A stretch of DNA of 64,000 bases, taken from NCBI GenBank assembly GCA_963555825.3, contig CAUVXB020000002.1:2976001-3040000 (forward strand). Direction: 5' to 3'. Below are positions 60,783 to 64,000 of this stretch, piece after piece (the stretch's first letter is position 1; each line of letters starts with the position of its first letter). The notes under the pieces were generated by a model. That model did no database searches. It saw only the letters and a program-made list of their open reading frames with translations, and was not told the DNA's origin. The DNA comes from Alphaproteobacteria bacterium (GTDB lineage Bacteria; Pseudomonadota; Alphaproteobacteria; JAAXGF01). The position numbers and the translations under genes are program-made.

Positions 60783-62177
60783 ATGACGATTCCCGCGAAG
60801 ATACCGATGCCGCGGCTGACGCGTAACCTGTCGGCGCGTCTGCTGGTGCTGACCATCGCCTTCGTCATGCTCGGCGAGGTGCTGATCTACGTGCCGTCGG
60901 TGTCGCGCTACCGCCTGGTGTTCCTGCAGGAGAGGCTGGCCGCCGCGCATGAGGCGACGCTGGCGCTCGAGGCTTCGCCCGACGGAATGATCACGCCCGA
61001 ACTCGAGGCCGAACTGCTGCGCCATGCCCGGGTCCGCTCGATCGCGCTGCGCATGCCCGACGCCGCCTATCTGATGCTCGGCACGCCGCCCGATGTCGAT
61101 GCCGCGTTCGACTTGCGCGAGGAGACCGCGGCCGGCCTGATCCGCGACGCCTTCGTCGCGCTGGCGCAGACCGGCGAGCGCGTGCTGCGCGTCACCGGGA
61201 CGGCGCGTATCGATCCGAAGGTGCTGGTCGACGTGACGCTCGACGAAGCGCCGATGCGCGCCGAGATGTTCGACTATTCGGGCCGCATCCTGATCCTCTC
61301 CATCGTGTTGTCGCTGATGACCGCCTCGCTCGTCTACCTCAGCCTGCACTGGCTGATCGTGCGGCCGATGCGGCGCGTCACGGCGAGCCTGGTGGCCTTC
61401 CGCGAGACGCCCGAAGACACCACGCACGACATGCCGGCGACCGACCGCAGCGACGAAATCGGCGTCGCCCAGCGCGAGGTCACGGTCATGCAGCACGATC
61501 TGCGCGCCGCGCTCAAGCAGCGCGCGCATCTCGCCGCGCTGGGCGCCGCCGTCGGCAAGATCACGCACGACCTGCGCAATATTCTGACCACCGCGATGCT
61601 CGCCTCCGAGCGCCTGGCGCACAGCGACGAACCCGAGATCCAGCGTCAGTCGACCGCGTTGACGACGGCGATCGACCGGGCCGTCGCGCTGTGCGAGGAC
61701 ACGCTGCGCTTCGCGCGCGCGGGCGAGCCCCAACCCAAGCGCGTACGCCTGAGACTCAAGGCCCTGTTCGACGACGTCGGCAAGGCGCTCGCGCTGTCGG
61801 GGCGCGACGCGATCCGCTGGCGCGTCGAAATCGACGACGGCCTCACCGTGACGGCCGATCGCGACCAGCTCTTCCGGGTCGTCTTCAACCTGGGCCAGAA
61901 CGCAGTCGAGGCGATGAACGGCGCCGGCGAGGTGCGCATCGAGGGCCGCCGCGACGAGGACGTCGCCGTCATCGAGTTCGCCGACACCGGGCCGGGCCTG
62001 CCGGACATCGCGCGCGCCCATTTGTTCGAGCCCTTCGCCGGCTCGACGCGGGCCGACGGTACCGGGCTCGGCCTGTCGATCGCGCGCGAGATCATGCGCG
62101 CCCACGGCGGCGACATCCACCTCGTCGCGAGCGACGCGGACGGCACCACCTTCCGCCTCGACCTGCCCGCCGACTAG
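60783..62177 (+). CDS. HAMP sensor histidine kinase (orphan)
   Basis: Two TMs, HAMP, ITHDLRN H-box, N box NL.QNA, DTGPG, GTGLGL. Confidence 0.95.
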   Translation: MTIPAKIPMPRLTRNLSARLLVLTIAFVMLGEVLIYVPSVSRYRLVFLQERLAAAHEATLALEASPDGMITPELEAELLRHARVRSIALRMPDAAYLMLGTPPDVDAAFDLREETAAGLIRDAFVALAQTGERVLRVTGTARIDPKVLVDVTLDEAPMRAEMFDYSGRILILSIVLSLMTASLVYLSLHWLIVRPMRRVTASLVAFRETPEDTTHDMPATDRSDEIGVAQREVTVMQHDLRAALKQRAHLAALGAAVGKITHDLRNILTTAMLASERLAHSDEPEIQRQSTALTTAIDRAVALCEDTLRFARAGEPQPKRVRLRLKALFDDVGKALALSGRDAIRWRVEIDDGLTVTADRDQLFRVVFNLGQNAVEAMNGAGEVRIEGRRDEDVAVIEFADTGPGLPDIARAHLFEPFAGSTRADGTGLGLSIAREIMRAHGGDIHLVASDADGTTFRLDLPAD

Positions 62178-62192
62178 GCGGCACGGCGCCAC

Positions 62193-62325
62193 ATGGCACG
62201 CCCCCAGTAATGCCACGCCCCATCATGGGATACGCTCCAATAATGGGGTCAGACACCATTTATGTGTTTGATAAAAATCTAAATAAAGGAGTCTGACCCC
62301 GTTAATTCACTGACCCCATTTATTT
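62193..62325. repeat. AT-rich REP-like palindrome with degenerate tandem repeats
   Basis: GGGGTCAGAC (62245) / GTCTGACCCC (62291), plus an extra CTGACCCCATT (62310); ~15-18-nt ATG..ACGC.CC repeats upstream. Confidence 0.65.
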
Positions 62326-62379
62326 CCATATTTTCGATTTGCCGCGCGAGGCGGATGGATGGTCGCGGCGCGGCGCGGC

Positions 62380-63087
62380 TCAATCGTCGTATTCGTCGTG
62401 GCGGCGGACCCAGTCCATCGGGAAGGCGAGGCCGCTCTCGTCGCGGCCCTTCGGCACCAGGTCGAGCCACTGATAGGCGCCGATCAGCGCGTCGAGGCCG
62501 CGCCCGTAGCTCGAATAGGTGTGGCAGACATCGCCAGCCGCGTTCTTGCTGAAGACGCTCAATCCGGGCGCCTCCTCGACCGGGAACGGACCGCGCGCGT
62601 AGTTGTAGTCGACCGCGCCCGAGGCGATCTCCTCGGCGCTGAACGAGACGTGAAAGTCGCGGTTGAAGTCGCCGCCCAGCGACGACATCCAGGTGAACCG
62701 CCAGCCCATGCGCGCACGGTACGCCTCGAGCGTTTCGAGCGGCGCCCGCGAGACGACGACCAGGGTGACGTCGCGCTGGTTCAGATGGCCGATCGCGCCG
62801 TCGAAGTGGTCGGTGAGGAACGAGCAGCTCGGGCAGCCTGCCTGCCAATCCGGGCCGAACATGAAGTGATAGACGACGAGCTGGCCGCGGCCGTCGAACG
62901 CATCCGCGAGCGTGACCTTGCCGCCCAGGCCATCGAAGACATAAGGCTTCTCGATCTTGACCCAGGGCAGCGCGCGGCGCGCGGCGCTCAGTTCGTCACG
63001 CTGGCGGGTGAACGCCTTCTCCTTGCCGAGCAGCGCCTTGCGCGCCTCGTCCCATTGGTCTCTGGAGACCACCTTGTTTGGCGCCAT
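62380..63087 (-). CDS. DUF899 thioredoxin-like protein
   Basis: KEK.FTR.RD.L...RR.LPW, QLVVYHFMF, GCPSCS, LD.VPKGRDE, WVRRHDEY. Confidence 0.93.
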   Translation of the reverse strand: MAPNKVVSRDQWDEARKALLGKEKAFTRQRDELSAARRALPWVKIEKPYVFDGLGGKVTLADAFDGRGQLVVYHFMFGPDWQAGCPSCSFLTDHFDGAIGHLNQRDVTLVVVSRAPLETLEAYRARMGWRFTWMSSLGGDFNRDFHVSFSAEEIASGAVDYNYARGPFPVEEAPGLSVFSKNAAGDVCHTYSSYGRGLDALIGAYQWLDLVPKGRDESGLAFPMDWVRRHDEYDD

Positions 63088-63126
63088 GAAGGCCCTCCCA
63101 CTGTTTGGATGGAACAGTATGTGCCG

Positions 63127-64000
63127 TCAATCGAGCCGCAGCGTCAACGATTTGAGATACGCCGTTTCGGGCAGGGCGGCGTGTTGCGGATGGTCGGGCG
63201 CCGCGCCGGCGGCGCGCAGGATGGCGCCCTCGCGACGGGCGTCGGTCAGGCCGCGGCGCACCGCCTCGGCGAAGGCGTCGGCCGCCGCGTTGTACGAGCA
63301 CGACGCGGCGAACAGCACGCCACCCGGCGTCACCAGCCGCGCCGCCAGGCGGGCCATCTTGCGATAGCCCCTCAGGCCCGGCTTGATGTCCTTGCGGCTC
63401 TTGACGAAGGACGGCGGGTCGACGACGACCAGATCGAAGCGTTCGCCGGCGTCGCCAAGGCGTTCCATCTCGCCGAAGGCCTCGGCGCAAACGAAGCCGC
63501 ATCGCGTGGCCAGGCCATTGAGTTCGGCCGATCTCGCACCGAGATCGAGCGCCGCCTGAGAACGGTCGACGGCGGTCACCCGCGCGGCGCCACGGGCGGC
63601 GGCGGCGAGCGCGAAGCCGCCCGAATGGCTGTAGACGTCGAGCAGACGTCGACCGGTCGCCAGCCGCGCGATGAAGGCGCGGCTGTCGCGCTGGTCGAAG
63701 TACCAGCCCGACTTCTGGCCCTCGGCGAGGTCGGCGAGAAAGCGCACGCCGTCCTCGACCAGCTCGATCGGGCCGTCGAGCGCGCCGGCGGCGACGCGGC
63801 TCTCGGGCTCCAGCCCCTCGCGCGTGCGCGCCGGGCTGTCGCCGCGCAGCACGACGGCGCGCGGCGAAAATCGCGCCTCCAGCGCGGCCAGCAGGTCGGC
63901 GAACAGGCGTGTCATGCCGGCGGTGTTGGGCTGGCAGACGAAGACGTCGTCATAGCGGTCGACGATCAGGCCGGGCAGGCCGTCGGCCTCGGCATGGACG
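63127..64000 (-). CDS. RlmI/RlmK-like rRNA SAM methyltransferase; 5' end lies outside the window
   Basis: HAEADGLPGLIVDRY, GQKSGWYFDQR, DVYSHSGGF, VDPPSF, SCS, PDHP...PET.YLK. Confidence 0.9.
   Translation of the reverse strand, partial: VHAEADGLPGLIVDRYDDVFVCQPNTAGMTRLFADLLAALEARFSPRAVVLRGDSPARTREGLEPESRVAAGALDGPIELVEDGVRFLADLAEGQKSGWYFDQRDSRAFIARLATGRRLLDVYSHSGGFALAAAARGAARVTAVDRSQAALDLGARSAELNGLATRCGFVCAEAFGEMERLGDAGERFDLVVVDPPSFVKSRKDIKPGLRGYRKMARLAARLVTPGGVLFAASCSYNAAADAFAEAVRRGLTDARREGAILRAAGAAPDHPQHAALPETAYLKSLTLRLD

Overview
A GC-rich alphaproteobacterial chromosomal segment. The lineage is inferred from GAAC-N7-GAAC/GTAC SOS boxes, recA-alaS-icd order, DUF1127 genes and soxBDAG. Most of it is ordinary housekeeping and catabolism: hydantoinase/oxoprolinase AB, a ThDP enzyme, recA, alaS, icd, c-type cytochromes, psd-pssA, hpnE, a peptide-type ABC transporter, a glycine-betaine/dimethylglycine/sarcosine demethylation cluster, a CHASE2 adenylate cyclase-porin-FecR block and ydbH-ynbE-ydbL. 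The notable layer is accessory. (1) A lower-GC BstYI/BglII-family restriction-modification cassette sits between recA and alaS. Its nuclease gene is split by a 261-bp element with 32-bp TIRs and a TAA target duplication, and removing the element restores the full frame. (2) A second ~270-bp element 50 kb away has different stem sequences but the same Y-shaped fold and the same loop/bulge motifs, which suggests a structure-conserved mobile element family. (3) A separate ~140-155-bp repeat occurs three times, with compensatory changes in its terminal hairpin and a small hairpin module that changes position. (4) There are complete IS630 and IS1595 insertions, AT-rich REP-like palindromes and gene remnants. 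All family calls come from motif recognition by eye; no searches or folding programs were run.
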